A stretch of 45,724 nucleotides of DNA. Source: a virus. The first letter of the stretch is position 1. Every line of letters starts with the position of its first letter. This document shows positions 1 through 7,423 of this stretch, piece by piece. Made by a program: the position numbers and the translations under genes. A model generated the notes under the pieces. That model was not told the origin of the DNA. It searched no databases and saw nothing but the letters and a program-made list of their open reading frames with translations. Where the stretch lies: the IMG/VR virus record IMGVR_UViG_3300010385_000004. One strand, given 5' to 3'.

Positions 1-42
1 GGTGTAGATAAATATTTAAACTAAGGACCCAACCAAACCAAC

Positions 43-69
43 AAGCCTCGTTAATTCGGGGCTTTTTTG
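43..69 (+). terminator. Rho-independent terminator (second copy at 45517-45543)
   Basis: Stem aagcctcg / cggggctt (one G:U pair), loop TTAATT, then a T6 run. It lies just after the stop at 22-24 of the wrapped CDS. Confidence 0.75.
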
Positions 70-106
70 TGTGTGAAATAAAGTTAAATATATTTTATAA
101 AAACAC

Positions 107-134
107 TTTACATATAAAACCAGTTTGATATTAT
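107..134 (+). promoter_or_regulatory. Sigma70-like promoter with extended -10
   Basis: TTTACA (107-112), 16-nt spacer, TATTAT (129-134), preceded by TG at 126-127. It lies 44 nt upstream of the ATG at 178. Confidence 0.55.
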
Positions 135-177
135 AGCCACATCAACAGGCAATAACGCCAACAACTGGAGAGATAAA

Positions 178-360
178 ATGTTAAATTCAAAATGGGTAAA
201 ATTAATCAAAGAAGAAACTGGTGCAGATGTAAAAGTAAACTTAGTTGGTGAGGATAAGATTCAGGTTTTAGTTAAGGGTGATAAGGCTTTTGATGTTTAC
301 AACTTGTTTTTTGGTAAGGATGTTAAAATCCTTGATGATGGTTTTTTAGTGGCGCTTTAA
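178..360 (+). CDS. hypothetical protein (60 aa)
   Basis: ATG preceded by ggaga. First ORF after the promoter. No recognisable motif. Confidence 0.6.
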   Translation: MLNSKWVKLIKEETGADVKVNLVGEDKIQVLVKGDKAFDVYNLFFGKDVKILDDGFLVAL

Positions 361-377
361 GCGCCTAGGGTTTTAGT

Positions 378-602
378 GTGGATTTTTACAGAGAAAGAAA
401 ATACAAACCAAATAACATGTTTCCTGATTGCGATAAGCATGTTGGTGGTAATTGTAGGTTAAGTGATCTGTGCGTTTGCTTTATGAGCGACGGCACGCAT
501 GAGTTGCTTAGGTATATGATAGACGATAACGACTCATCAAATGACAAATGGTGTACTGGTGATGAAATAAAATCTAGTGTAGTTGCTTGGATGGAGGTTT
601 AA
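378..602 (+). CDS. hypothetical Cys-rich protein (74 aa, GTG start)
   Basis: ORF track. Its stop overlaps the next ATG (taATG), indicating translational coupling. Confidence 0.5.
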   Translation: MDFYRERKYKPNNMFPDCDKHVGGNCRLSDLCVCFMSDGTHELLRYMIDDNDSSNDKWCTGDEIKSSVVAWMEV

Positions 603-766
603 TGACACCTGCAAAACGCGCCAAAGAGCTAGGCGCAAAATCACTAAGCGAAATAGCTCAGGCTTTTGGTTGTACGATGCAAAACTTACACGCCAAATTT
701 AAATCAAACCCAAACCAGTTCGACATAATAGTATTAGGTGTTGTCGAGCTAAATAAAACGCAATAA
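602..766 (+). CDS. small HTH-like protein (54 aa, below the ORF-track cutoff)
   Basis: Hand translation: MTPAKRAKELGAKSLSEIAQAFGCTMQNLHAKFKSNPNQFDIIVLGVVELNKTQ. The SLSEIAQAFGCTMQNL segment looks like a helix-turn-helix. A hairpin (768-790) follows. Confidence 0.5.
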   Translation: MTPAKRAKELGAKSLSEIAQAFGCTMQNLHAKFKSNPNQFDIIVLGVVELNKTQ

Positions 767-805
767 AAAACCCGCGCCAACGGGTTAATTAAACAAGAGG
801 TATAT

Positions 806-1519
806 ATGAACAATCTAAGTATAGCAAATAGCGAAGTTTTAACAATGAGCAGTCGAGAGATTGCAGAATTGACAGGCAAGGCGCATTTCAATGTTAAGCG
901 AGATATTATCGCAATGATAATGCAACTCAACTACCCAAGCACACCGCTAAAGTACTGCCCCAAATTCAACCCTTCAGAGTTGAAGGGTCACGGTGTTGAG
1001 TTTGGTAACTATGATCACAAAGGAAATAGCTATGAGTTATTCACTTTAAACAAAAGATACGCTGAACTTTTAATTACCGGCTACAGCGCTACTTTGAGAT
1101 TGAAGGTTATTGACCGACTACATGAAATGGAAGAGCTAAGCAAGCCAGAGCAACCTAAAATACCAGCCAACTTCGCTGAGGCTTTACAGCTAGCAGCAGA
1201 CCAAGCTAAGCAGTTAGAGCTTGCAGCTCCTAAAGTGGCTTTTGTTGATAATTTTGTAGAATCAACAGGGAATAAAACATTTAGACAGGTAGCAAAAACA
1301 TTAAAAGCTAATGAAAGATTATTTAGGGCGTTCTTAGTTTCTGAGGGTTTTATGTATAAAATCGGTAGGGAATGGACGGCATACCAAAAACATATAGATG
1401 CTGGTAGATTTAGCTGCACAGTTGGCGAAAAGAACGGATACGCATTTACTGAATGCAAGTTTACCCCGAAAGGCATTGAGCATATTGCTGGCAAATGGAT
1501 TGCTGCGGGGGTTGTTTAA
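806..1519 (+). CDS. phage antirepressor: Rha-type N-terminal domain plus KilAC/ANT C-terminal domain
   Basis: The N-terminus MSSREIAELTGKAHFNVKRDI matches the Rha pattern. The C-terminus IPANFAEALQLAADQAKQLELAAPKVAFVD...FRQVAK matches the ANT/KilAC pattern. Confidence 0.8.
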   Translation: MNNLSIANSEVLTMSSREIAELTGKAHFNVKRDIIAMIMQLNYPSTPLKYCPKFNPSELKGHGVEFGNYDHKGNSYELFTLNKRYAELLITGYSATLRLKVIDRLHEMEELSKPEQPKIPANFAEALQLAADQAKQLELAAPKVAFVDNFVESTGNKTFRQVAKTLKANERLFRAFLVSEGFMYKIGREWTAYQKHIDAGRFSCTVGEKNGYAFTECKFTPKGIEHIAGKWIAAGVV

Positions 1520-2283
1520 TGAGCGCAAAATACACTTTTTTAGCATGGGACACCCCAATAGAAAACGCACCATTAAAGCTTGCCTTGCTACAACTTGCTA
1601 ATAACGCTGATGATGATGGATTTAGTTATTACTCAATTTCAAAAATGGCTCAGTCGTGCGGAATGAGCAATAGAACCTTCATGCGTAAAATTTCAGAACT
1701 TGAAAAAATGGGTGTTCTAACTGTTGAAAGAAGGGCAAACAGACCATCTTTATATACTTTAATCGGTGATGAAATGGGGGTGTCACTGTGTCACTTACAA
1801 GAAGCTGAGGTGACAGAGAGTCATAGTACTGTGACAGAGAGTCACTTAACAGGTGACAGAGAGTCACACGATCTTAACAGTACTCCTAACAATCATCCTG
1901 ACAATAATAAACTTATAGTTAAGCCAGAGGCTAAACCGAGTAAATATAAGTTCAATGATGATCAAATGAACTTCGCAAAATCAATGTACGAATTTATATT
2001 GAGAGTAGCGCCAGCAATTAAAAAGCCAAACCTAGAGGCTTGGGCAAATACTGCAAGGCTGATTAATGAAATTGATGGAATAGAATTAATTGATGCTTGG
2101 CATGTTTTCGCATGGGCTAATGCGGATTCATTTTGGCAAACAAATATTTTAAGCGCTGATAAGTTCCGCAAGCAGTACGCTCAACTGTCAGCAAAGATGA
2201 ATGGCAATTCAAGCAATAGCAAGCAAGACATTATGCAGCAATCATCTAATTCAAACTGGCACGAAGAGGACTTAGGACTATGA
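1519..2283 (+). CDS. replication initiator-like winged-helix/HTH protein (lambda O analogue)
   Basis: ATG at 1519 overlaps the upstream stop (taATG). YYSISKMAQSCGMSNRTFMRKISELEKMGVL is an HTH. Iterons lie inside the gene, and a lambda-P-like gene follows. Confidence 0.65.
   Translation: MSAKYTFLAWDTPIENAPLKLALLQLANNADDDGFSYYSISKMAQSCGMSNRTFMRKISELEKMGVLTVERRANRPSLYTLIGDEMGVSLCHLQEAEVTESHSTVTESHLTGDRESHDLNSTPNNHPDNNKLIVKPEAKPSKYKFNDDQMNFAKSMYEFILRVAPAIKKPNLEAWANTARLINEIDGIELIDAWHVFAWANADSFWQTNILSADKFRKQYAQLSAKMNGNSSNSKQDIMQQSSNSNWHEEDLGL
1780..1866. repeat. Iteron cluster, putative origin of replication inside the initiator gene
   Basis: GTGACAGAGAGTCA occurs at 1810-1823, 1831-1844 and 1853-1866 (spacing 21 and 22 bp). 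Two GTGTCAC cores lie at 1780-1786 and 1788-1794. Confidence 0.7.
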
Positions 2284-2996
2284 GCGACTTTAAAAACCAA
2301 ATGCAAAGCATTATCAAAAGAGGCAATCAGCAACTTGAGAAGCAGGGCTTTAGCAATCACGAATTGCAAAACAATATCAATGCAGACGTTAAGCATCTTG
2401 TTGATCAAGTATTCAAACAACTAGCGAGCGTATTCCCTGCATGGCAACACGCATGGAAAAGCCAGCAAGCAATCGACACGGCCAAAAAGGAATGGGTAAA
2501 AGCGTTTATTGAAAATGGCGTTAACACCGTTGAGCAGCTTCGTTGTGGATTTAAAAAGGCTCGCGCATCTGATAGCGCATTCCTGCCAAGCGTTGGTAAG
2601 TTCGTTACATGGTGCAAACCGTCACTAGAAGACTTCAATCTTGATGATCCTAGCGTACTGGCTAAAAAGGTTGTTAGCTACCATCACAGCAGTAGAGGCT
2701 TTGGTGATGAGCCAAGAAAGACCGAAGGGTGCGATCCGTTTGTTGTGGCAATCCATAAATCACTGGATTGGTTTTCATTCAGAAGCCTGAGCGAAGAAAA
2801 GGCCGAAAAGAAAGTCGAGCAAGTGGCGATTAATCTTTTAAAGAATGGTTACAACCCAAATGCAGTGCAAACCATGCAAGAAGCGCCGAGATTAACTACC
2901 GAAAACCAAAAAGGCGAATTTAAAAAAGCATCGCCAGAAGTTGTTAAACAGCGCATTGACGAAATGAGAAGCAAATTTAAAAAGGCGGGCAAATGA
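2280..2996 (+). CDS. replication protein P-like (helicase loader)
   Basis: LASVFPAWQHAWKSQQAIDTAKKEWVKAF...GFKKARASDSAFLPSVGKFVTWCKP resembles the lambda P family signature. Its start overlaps the initiator stop. Confidence 0.6.
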   Translation: MSDFKNQMQSIIKRGNQQLEKQGFSNHELQNNINADVKHLVDQVFKQLASVFPAWQHAWKSQQAIDTAKKEWVKAFIENGVNTVEQLRCGFKKARASDSAFLPSVGKFVTWCKPSLEDFNLDDPSVLAKKVVSYHHSSRGFGDEPRKTEGCDPFVVAIHKSLDWFSFRSLSEEKAEKKVEQVAINLLKNGYNPNAVQTMQEAPRLTTENQKGEFKKASPEVVKQRIDEMRSKFKKAGK

Positions 2997-3199
2997 TGAG
3001 TTGTTGCAATTCAATTATCTACACATCGAAAGTTTTTAAGTGCCCAAAATGCAAGTCAACAAAGTTTATAACAAGCGGTAAGACTTGTTGCGACGAATCA
3101 ATGCATGAGGGGGATGAAGTAGAGTGCCTATCTTGCAGTAAGCTAGGTGAGGTGGATTGTGATGATGGATGCTGTCACATAGCGTGGTGGAGTAAGTGA
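2993..3199 (+). CDS. Cys-rich zinc-ribbon-like protein (68 aa)
   Basis: CPKCKS...CCDES...ECLSCSK...CDDGCCH cysteine pairs. Overlapping start and stop with neighbouring genes. Confidence 0.55.
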   Translation: MMSCCNSIIYTSKVFKCPKCKSTKFITSGKTCCDESMHEGDEVECLSCSKLGEVDCDDGCCHIAWWSK

Positions 3200-3561
3200 T
3201 TATTTACCCAATACGCTATTACTACCGAGGCGGAGTGAGCGATAAAAACCTTATCCTCACCCGCATGGCGCATATACCACCTAGTAAGCAGCAGGAAGTA
3301 AGCGACCATTACGACAGACTTTACATGCAAAACGGCGGTGTAAATGTAGCTAAGGGGCGCAAAGAGGCTAACACGTACTTGCATAATGAGGCTCGCAAGT
3401 ATCAAGCAGAAAGAACGCCAGATGCTTACAATCGCCATCTTGAGAAAATGAAAGGCATGGTAAAGCAGGAGCAGCCCAAAGTTAAAAAGCCAACTAACAG
3501 CGGCGTTGTAAATCAAAATTCATTACCAAAGGGTATGACTGGAATTAAATTGGACTGGTAA
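3196..3561 (+). CDS. hypothetical basic protein (121 aa, GTG start; alternative ATG at 3265)
   Basis: ORF track. ggtggag lies upstream of the GTG. Confidence 0.5.
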   Translation: MIIYPIRYYYRGGVSDKNLILTRMAHIPPSKQQEVSDHYDRLYMQNGGVNVAKGRKEANTYLHNEARKYQAERTPDAYNRHLEKMKGMVKQEQPKVKKPTNSGVVNQNSLPKGMTGIKLDW

Positions 3562-3563
3562 TT

Positions 3564-3758
3564 ATGAAAAATCATTACAAAGGTTATGTAAAAAGCGAAA
3601 TAGAACAAGCTAAAGAATTATTCTTTGCAAATAAGACTTACAAATACATAGCAGAGCACCTAGGAAGGACAGAGGTGGCAATAAAAGATTTATTTAAGCG
3701 CATGGGTTACAAGAGATATAAAGCCCCTACAAACCCCAAATACAGCAAGGCAGCATAA
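3564..3758 (+). CDS. small HTH protein
   Basis: YKYIAEHLGRTEVAIKDLFKRMGYKR is an HTH-like unit similar to the two units in the next gene. Confidence 0.55.
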   Translation: MKNHYKGYVKSEIEQAKELFFANKTYKYIAEHLGRTEVAIKDLFKRMGYKRYKAPTNPKYSKAA

Positions 3759-3760
3759 CC

Positions 3761-4069
3761 ATGATAAAAGCTAAAAAAAGAGATTACACAACAAAGGAAG
3801 TTAAGCGGATAATTGAAATGTTTGAGCAGGGTTATACGCAGGTTGAAACGGGCAAGGAGTTAAACAGGCATCCGGGTTCAATAGCTAATATATGGAAGGC
3901 CAATGGATTGTTTAGGCGTGTAAGAATAACGCCAAAGCTTGAGATTAAGCTAAGGACAATGAATGATAAGGGCTTAACTTATGCGGCAATGAGTTGTGAT
4001 ATAGGTGTTTGTGAGTTAACTATTAAGCGGTTTTTTAAAAAGCTTGGAATTAAGAAGGTGGCGGCATGA
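3761..4069 (+). CDS. tandem-HTH protein (two HTH units)
   Basis: The two units are YTQVETGKELNRHPGSIANIWKANGL and LTYAAMSCDIGVCELTIKRFFKKLGIK. Confidence 0.55.
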   Translation: MIKAKKRDYTTKEVKRIIEMFEQGYTQVETGKELNRHPGSIANIWKANGLFRRVRITPKLEIKLRTMNDKGLTYAAMSCDIGVCELTIKRFFKKLGIKKVAA

Positions 4070-4446
4070 GCATTACACCAAACGCAAAAGAAAAAGAGTT
4101 TATGAAAGCTGTAATGGATTTTCATAACGATTACGGTGTTGGTTATTTGTATGGTGATGAGTGGCATAACTCGCCTTTGCAGTGTCACCACGTAGCAGGT
4201 AGGACTTACAAGCAGAATAAAATACATATCGGACATTATTTCATCCTAGCTATACCGGTGGGTCTTCACGATGTAAGTAGTAATCATCCGTTAAATGTCA
4301 CTCACTGGCGCAATAACTTTACAGCCACTTTTGGCATGCAGCGGGATTTATGGGAAAGCATGGTAAGTAGAATGCACTCACAAGGCGCAATAGAGGAATT
4401 CCCACCCATTGATGTTATTTTATCCATAGCAAGGACTAAATACTAA
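4066..4446 (+). CDS. putative RecA-dependent (Ref-like, HNH-type) nuclease
   Basis: LQCHHVAGRTYKQNKIHIGHYFILAIPVGLHDVSSNHPLNVTHWRNNFTATFGMQRDLW resembles the Ref/RecA_dep_nuc pattern (HH..GR....GH.f.lP...lH). Recognised from memory only. Confidence 0.45.
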   Translation: MSITPNAKEKEFMKAVMDFHNDYGVGYLYGDEWHNSPLQCHHVAGRTYKQNKIHIGHYFILAIPVGLHDVSSNHPLNVTHWRNNFTATFGMQRDLWESMVSRMHSQGAIEEFPPIDVILSIARTKY

Positions 4447-4892
4447 TGAACTTAATTAAATCAGTTAAATTCGTTGGTTCAAACTTTGATGTGATTGAGC
4501 AGCTATGCAGGGAGGCTCATAGCCATGAAGGCAATCTAAGGGTGACCATTGAATCCTGGAGCGAGAAGCGCACCCTAAGCGCAAATGCACAAATCTATGT
4601 ATGGTATTCGCAAATAGCAAAGAAAGACGGCGAGAGCGTCGATGTGGTGCGTAATTTCTGCAAATTGATGTTCGGGTTGCCTATTCTTTTAAATACTCCA
4701 AAGTTTAAAAATAAAATACAGTACACGCTGGGTAAAGTTGGGTTTTATGAATGGACTCACGAACAGCAATGCTCGTTTATGGATATGCTGGCCGTAACTA
4801 GCTTAATGACCACAAAGCAGCATAGCGAGTACCGAGATAATATACTGGCTTACTACAACAAAAACGGTTACGCACTGGATTATCAAGATTAG
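4446..4892 (+). CDS. ninB: NinB/Orf-like recombination mediator
   Basis: VTIESWSEKRTLSANAQIYVWYSQIAK is comparable to lambda NinB VTIQERNRSLDQNRKLWACLGDVS. The C-terminal TSLMTTKQHSEY block aligns with STSRMRVGEF. Confidence 0.5.
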   Translation: MNLIKSVKFVGSNFDVIEQLCREAHSHEGNLRVTIESWSEKRTLSANAQIYVWYSQIAKKDGESVDVVRNFCKLMFGLPILLNTPKFKNKIQYTLGKVGFYEWTHEQQCSFMDMLAVTSLMTTKQHSEYRDNILAYYNKNGYALDYQD

Positions 4893-4901
4893 GTTATATA
4901 G

Positions 4902-4921
4902 ATATAACTAAATGTTATTTA
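4902..4921 (+). repeat. 20-bp motif ATATAACTAAATGTTATTTA, copy 1 (contains ATAAC-N5-GTTAT inverted repeat)
   Basis: Identical to 5667-5686. A near-identical copy lies on the minus strand at 41177-41197. It ends 56 nt upstream of the ATG at 4977. Confidence 0.9.
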
Positions 4922-4976
4922 TAGATTGGCTTTATTTGAAATAAGATAAGGCCAATTATTTAATGGAGGTTAAGAA

Positions 4977-5672
4977 ATGAGAAAAGCGGTTTTTCTTTAC
5001 GATAAAACAGGGATTATGGCTAAACCCTGGCTTGATGCTGGTTATGAATGCTGGTTGTTTGACGGGCAGCATGAGGGCGGAGTCAATCGAGATGGTAACT
5101 TAGTTAAGGTTGGTATGTGGTTTTCACCTAGCGAGATAAACAATCACGCAAAAGAAATTAAATCAATGGTTGGTGGCGCTGATTTTGTTTTTGGCTTCCC
5201 TGAATGCACCGACCTAGCTGTTAGTGGTGCGGCTCACTTTGCTAAAAAACGAGCTGCAAACCCTGAATTTCAAAATGAAGCAACTGCGCTAGCTAAATTG
5301 GTTGAACTGGTTGGCAATGAGTTTAACTGCCCTTGGGGTGCTGAGAATCCCGTTAGTGTCTTATCTACCTTGTGGCGTAAGCCTGAATTTAGCTTTCATC
5401 CGTGGGAGTTTGGCGGGTACTTGTCGGAAGATGATGAGCATCCGTTATACCCTGAATACATAAGGCCACGCGATGCTTACCCAAAGAAAACTTGTATTTG
5501 GCATGGCAATGGATTTATTGAGCCAAAAAGATTGCCAGTGCATGTTGATGATGGTTATTCAGACCAGCATAAAAAGCTAGGCGGTAAATCATTAAAGACT
5601 AAAAACATACGCAGCGCGACCCCTAGAGGTTTTGCGAAAGCTGTATTTGAATCAAACGGAATAAGCATATAA
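4977..5672 (+). CDS. small C5-cytosine-methyltransferase-like protein (231 aa, divergent motifs)
   Basis: FGFPECTDLAVSG resembles motif IV (GFPCQxFSxAG). WGAENPVSVL resembles motif VI (ENV). SATPRGFAKAVF resembles motif X. Motif I is degenerate (FLYDKTG). The protein is too short for a canonical target-recognition domain. Confidence 0.45.
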   Translation: MRKAVFLYDKTGIMAKPWLDAGYECWLFDGQHEGGVNRDGNLVKVGMWFSPSEINNHAKEIKSMVGGADFVFGFPECTDLAVSGAAHFAKKRAANPEFQNEATALAKLVELVGNEFNCPWGAENPVSVLSTLWRKPEFSFHPWEFGGYLSEDDEHPLYPEYIRPRDAYPKKTCIWHGNGFIEPKRLPVHVDDGYSDQHKKLGGKSLKTKNIRSATPRGFAKAVFESNGISI

Positions 5673-5686
5673 CTAAATGTTATTTA
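5667..5686 (+). repeat. 20-bp motif ATATAACTAAATGTTATTTA, copy 2
   Basis: Identical to 4902-4921. It overlaps the stop codon of CDS 4977..5672 and ends 45 nt upstream of the ATG at 5731. Confidence 0.9.
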
Positions 5687-5730
5687 ACGCGGACGTTAAT
5701 TTAAATTAGCATTTAATGACTGGAGGAGTT

Positions 5731-5877
5731 ATGAAAAACCCGAAAACACGAAACAGTTATAAATCATGCGTTAATAGGTCAATGACTGAGGCGCAACTAA
5801 GGCTTCAAACCAAACTCAGAAAAGAGGGTTTGCATTGGCGCGAAATAGATAAGCGAATAAATCAACTAGACGGCTAA
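5731..5877 (+). CDS. small basic protein (48 aa, below the ORF-track cutoff)
   Basis: Hand translation: MKNPKTRNSYKSCVNRSMTEAQLRLQTKLRKEGLHWREIDKRINQLDG. A strong RBS (tggaggag) lies 5 nt upstream. Confidence 0.55.
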   Translation: MKNPKTRNSYKSCVNRSMTEAQLRLQTKLRKEGLHWREIDKRINQLDG

Positions 5878-5906
5878 GGCCACCAGCACATAACAGGAAT
5901 AAAATT

Positions 5907-6641
5907 ATGAGAAGTGAAAAAAAATACCCGTACATAGGAAAGCTTTTATCTAGTGTTGATATGATTGCTATGTTTACCAGTGAAAATACAGCAACCCCAC
6001 TAACCAGTAACTTTGACGATACTGAAGTTGGTAAATGGGATTCTGATTGGTATGATAAACATTACACAAACATAACCCACAAACACCTACAAAACACATG
6101 GGGTGTAGTTGAATCAAAAGAGCATGCAGAGTTTATTGTTGAGCTGGCTGAATTGCATGAGTTCAAACTCCTAACGGTGCCTTATGAGAAATACCCTTGC
6201 TGGTTTGGCTTTGATGGAGATGAGATTTACATTGTTGATAACTATCATTGCGTAAGTACTGGCAATGAAAAGCAAATAACAATCCCATTACCGCCTAAAC
6301 TCAACAGTCCGGAAGTTCCGGATAGTTCAGATATTAAAAACTGCCGCAGCGAGCTTGTAGACTTAGAAGCATGGCCAAGACTAGGCGACCCAGTAACGGT
6401 TTACGGGCAGCAAGGTGAGGTTATTTTGCCAGCAGACAAGAATGGATTTTACATTATCAATTCTGATGGATTGTATTTAGCCGCTAAAATTGAAGAAATA
6501 ACCAAACCAAAATCAAAGGAAGATTTATTGATTGAGGAGTTGCAAACAAAACTTTGCGAAAATAACTATGTTGATAACTACACTCTAGCGAATGACATAG
6601 TTAACGGTATGATTGAGGGGCTGCGCTATGAAACTAAGTAA
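5907..6641 (+). CDS. hypothetical protein (244 aa)
   Basis: ORF track. Lies in operon context. No recognisable motif. Confidence 0.65.
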   Translation: MRSEKKYPYIGKLLSSVDMIAMFTSENTATPLTSNFDDTEVGKWDSDWYDKHYTNITHKHLQNTWGVVESKEHAEFIVELAELHEFKLLTVPYEKYPCWFGFDGDEIYIVDNYHCVSTGNEKQITIPLPPKLNSPEVPDSSDIKNCRSELVDLEAWPRLGDPVTVYGQQGEVILPADKNGFYIINSDGLYLAAKIEEITKPKSKEDLLIEELQTKLCENNYVDNYTLANDIVNGMIEGLRYETK

Positions 6642-6840
6642 ACAGCAAGCGCTGAATATAATAAAGCGTGAGCCTACGGGAGGAGCTGGGTTTTACTCTT
6701 TACATACTAAAAAGTTTTATATAACTCTACTAGGCAACTGGTTTGTATTTGCTAGCGCTTGGACTAAATGCCATTTGCCCGCAGTGACTAGGGCGGAAAT
6801 GATACCTATGTACGAATTGCTTGATGTAGCCATAGATTAA
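6628..6840 (+). CDS. hypothetical protein (70 aa; the track ORF starts at TTG 6613)
   Basis: ATG at 6628 is preceded by gagggg. A strong terminator follows. Confidence 0.5.
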   Translation: MKLSKQQALNIIKREPTGGAGFYSLHTKKFYITLLGNWFVFASAWTKCHLPAVTRAEMIPMYELLDVAID

Positions 6841-6846
6841 ACAACC

Positions 6847-6881
6847 GCGCTTTACTGTAACCACAGTAAGGCGCTTTTTTT
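6847..6881 (+). terminator. Rho-independent terminator ending the rightward early operon
   Basis: 12-bp stem gcgctttactgt / acagtaaggcgc (one wobble pair), loop aacc, then a T7 run. Confidence 0.85.
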
Positions 6882-6935
6882 ATTTATGCGATAGCGCTAT
6901 ACTGTGGGTATGTTTTATAGCGTGTAGGAATTAAC

Positions 6936-7346
6936 ATGGCAGCATTAGAAAAAGCAAAGCACGAACTATTTGTGCAGAAGTGGCATGAGCTTGATAACAA
7001 GTCTGAGGCTTATCGTTTGTCGCATCCTGCATCATTACGATGGAAAGAGGCAACCGTAAATAGTAAGGCTTCAACACTCTCAAAAGATGAGAAGATTTTG
7101 GCAAGGTATAACGAGCTACAAGAACAAACGAGCAAACGTCACGGAATAACTGTGGATAGCCTCCTAAAGGAGCTAAACGAGATTAAAGAGGTTGCAATGA
7201 GTCTAGAGACACCTCAATGCTCTGCGGCCGTCTCAAGCGTTATGAGCAAGGCTAAGCTAACAGGCCACGACATCATAAAAGTTGAGGTATCGCACAAAGA
7301 AGAGTTAACCCCGTGGGGCGCTATACTTGTTTCTACGGATAAGTAG
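6936..7346 (+). CDS. terS: terminase small subunit (Terminase_2 / P27-like)
   Basis: The N-terminus LEKAKHELFVQKWHELDNKSEAYRLSHPASLRWKEATVNSKASTLSKDEKI matches the family pattern. It is the first gene of the late region. Confidence 0.8.
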   Translation: MAALEKAKHELFVQKWHELDNKSEAYRLSHPASLRWKEATVNSKASTLSKDEKILARYNELQEQTSKRHGITVDSLLKELNEIKEVAMSLETPQCSAAVSSVMSKAKLTGHDIIKVEVSHKEELTPWGAILVSTDK

Positions 7347-7423
7347 CTATTACCAATGAGAAATTAAAACCTTGAGTTCGAGGGAGTTGACGGGTAAACT
7401 ATTGTAAAAGATAGGAGGCGATA

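Larger units (their letters stand above)
1..250. repeat. Terminal overlap identical to 45475-45724 (circular closure or terminal redundancy; unit genome 45,474 bp)
   Basis: Compared base by base by eye. The overlap begins inside a CDS (45322..45498 ends at window position 24). It contains a terminator, a promoter and the first 73 nt of CDS 178..360. Confidence 0.95.

Noticed and set aside
768-790. Hairpin aacccg-cgccaa-cgggtt, considered as a plus-strand terminator after ORF 602..766
   Set aside because: The T-run is on the wrong side: an A6 run precedes the stem, so it would terminate minus-strand transcripts, and no credible minus-strand gene lies upstream. It may act only as a weak pause or stabiliser, so it is not listed as a feature.
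658-1494. Minus-strand ORFs 658..930 and 1081..1494 opposite the early rightward genes
   Set aside because: They are antisense to ORFs with clear family motifs (Rha/ANT). They have no RBS, and their hydrophobic translations look like noise.
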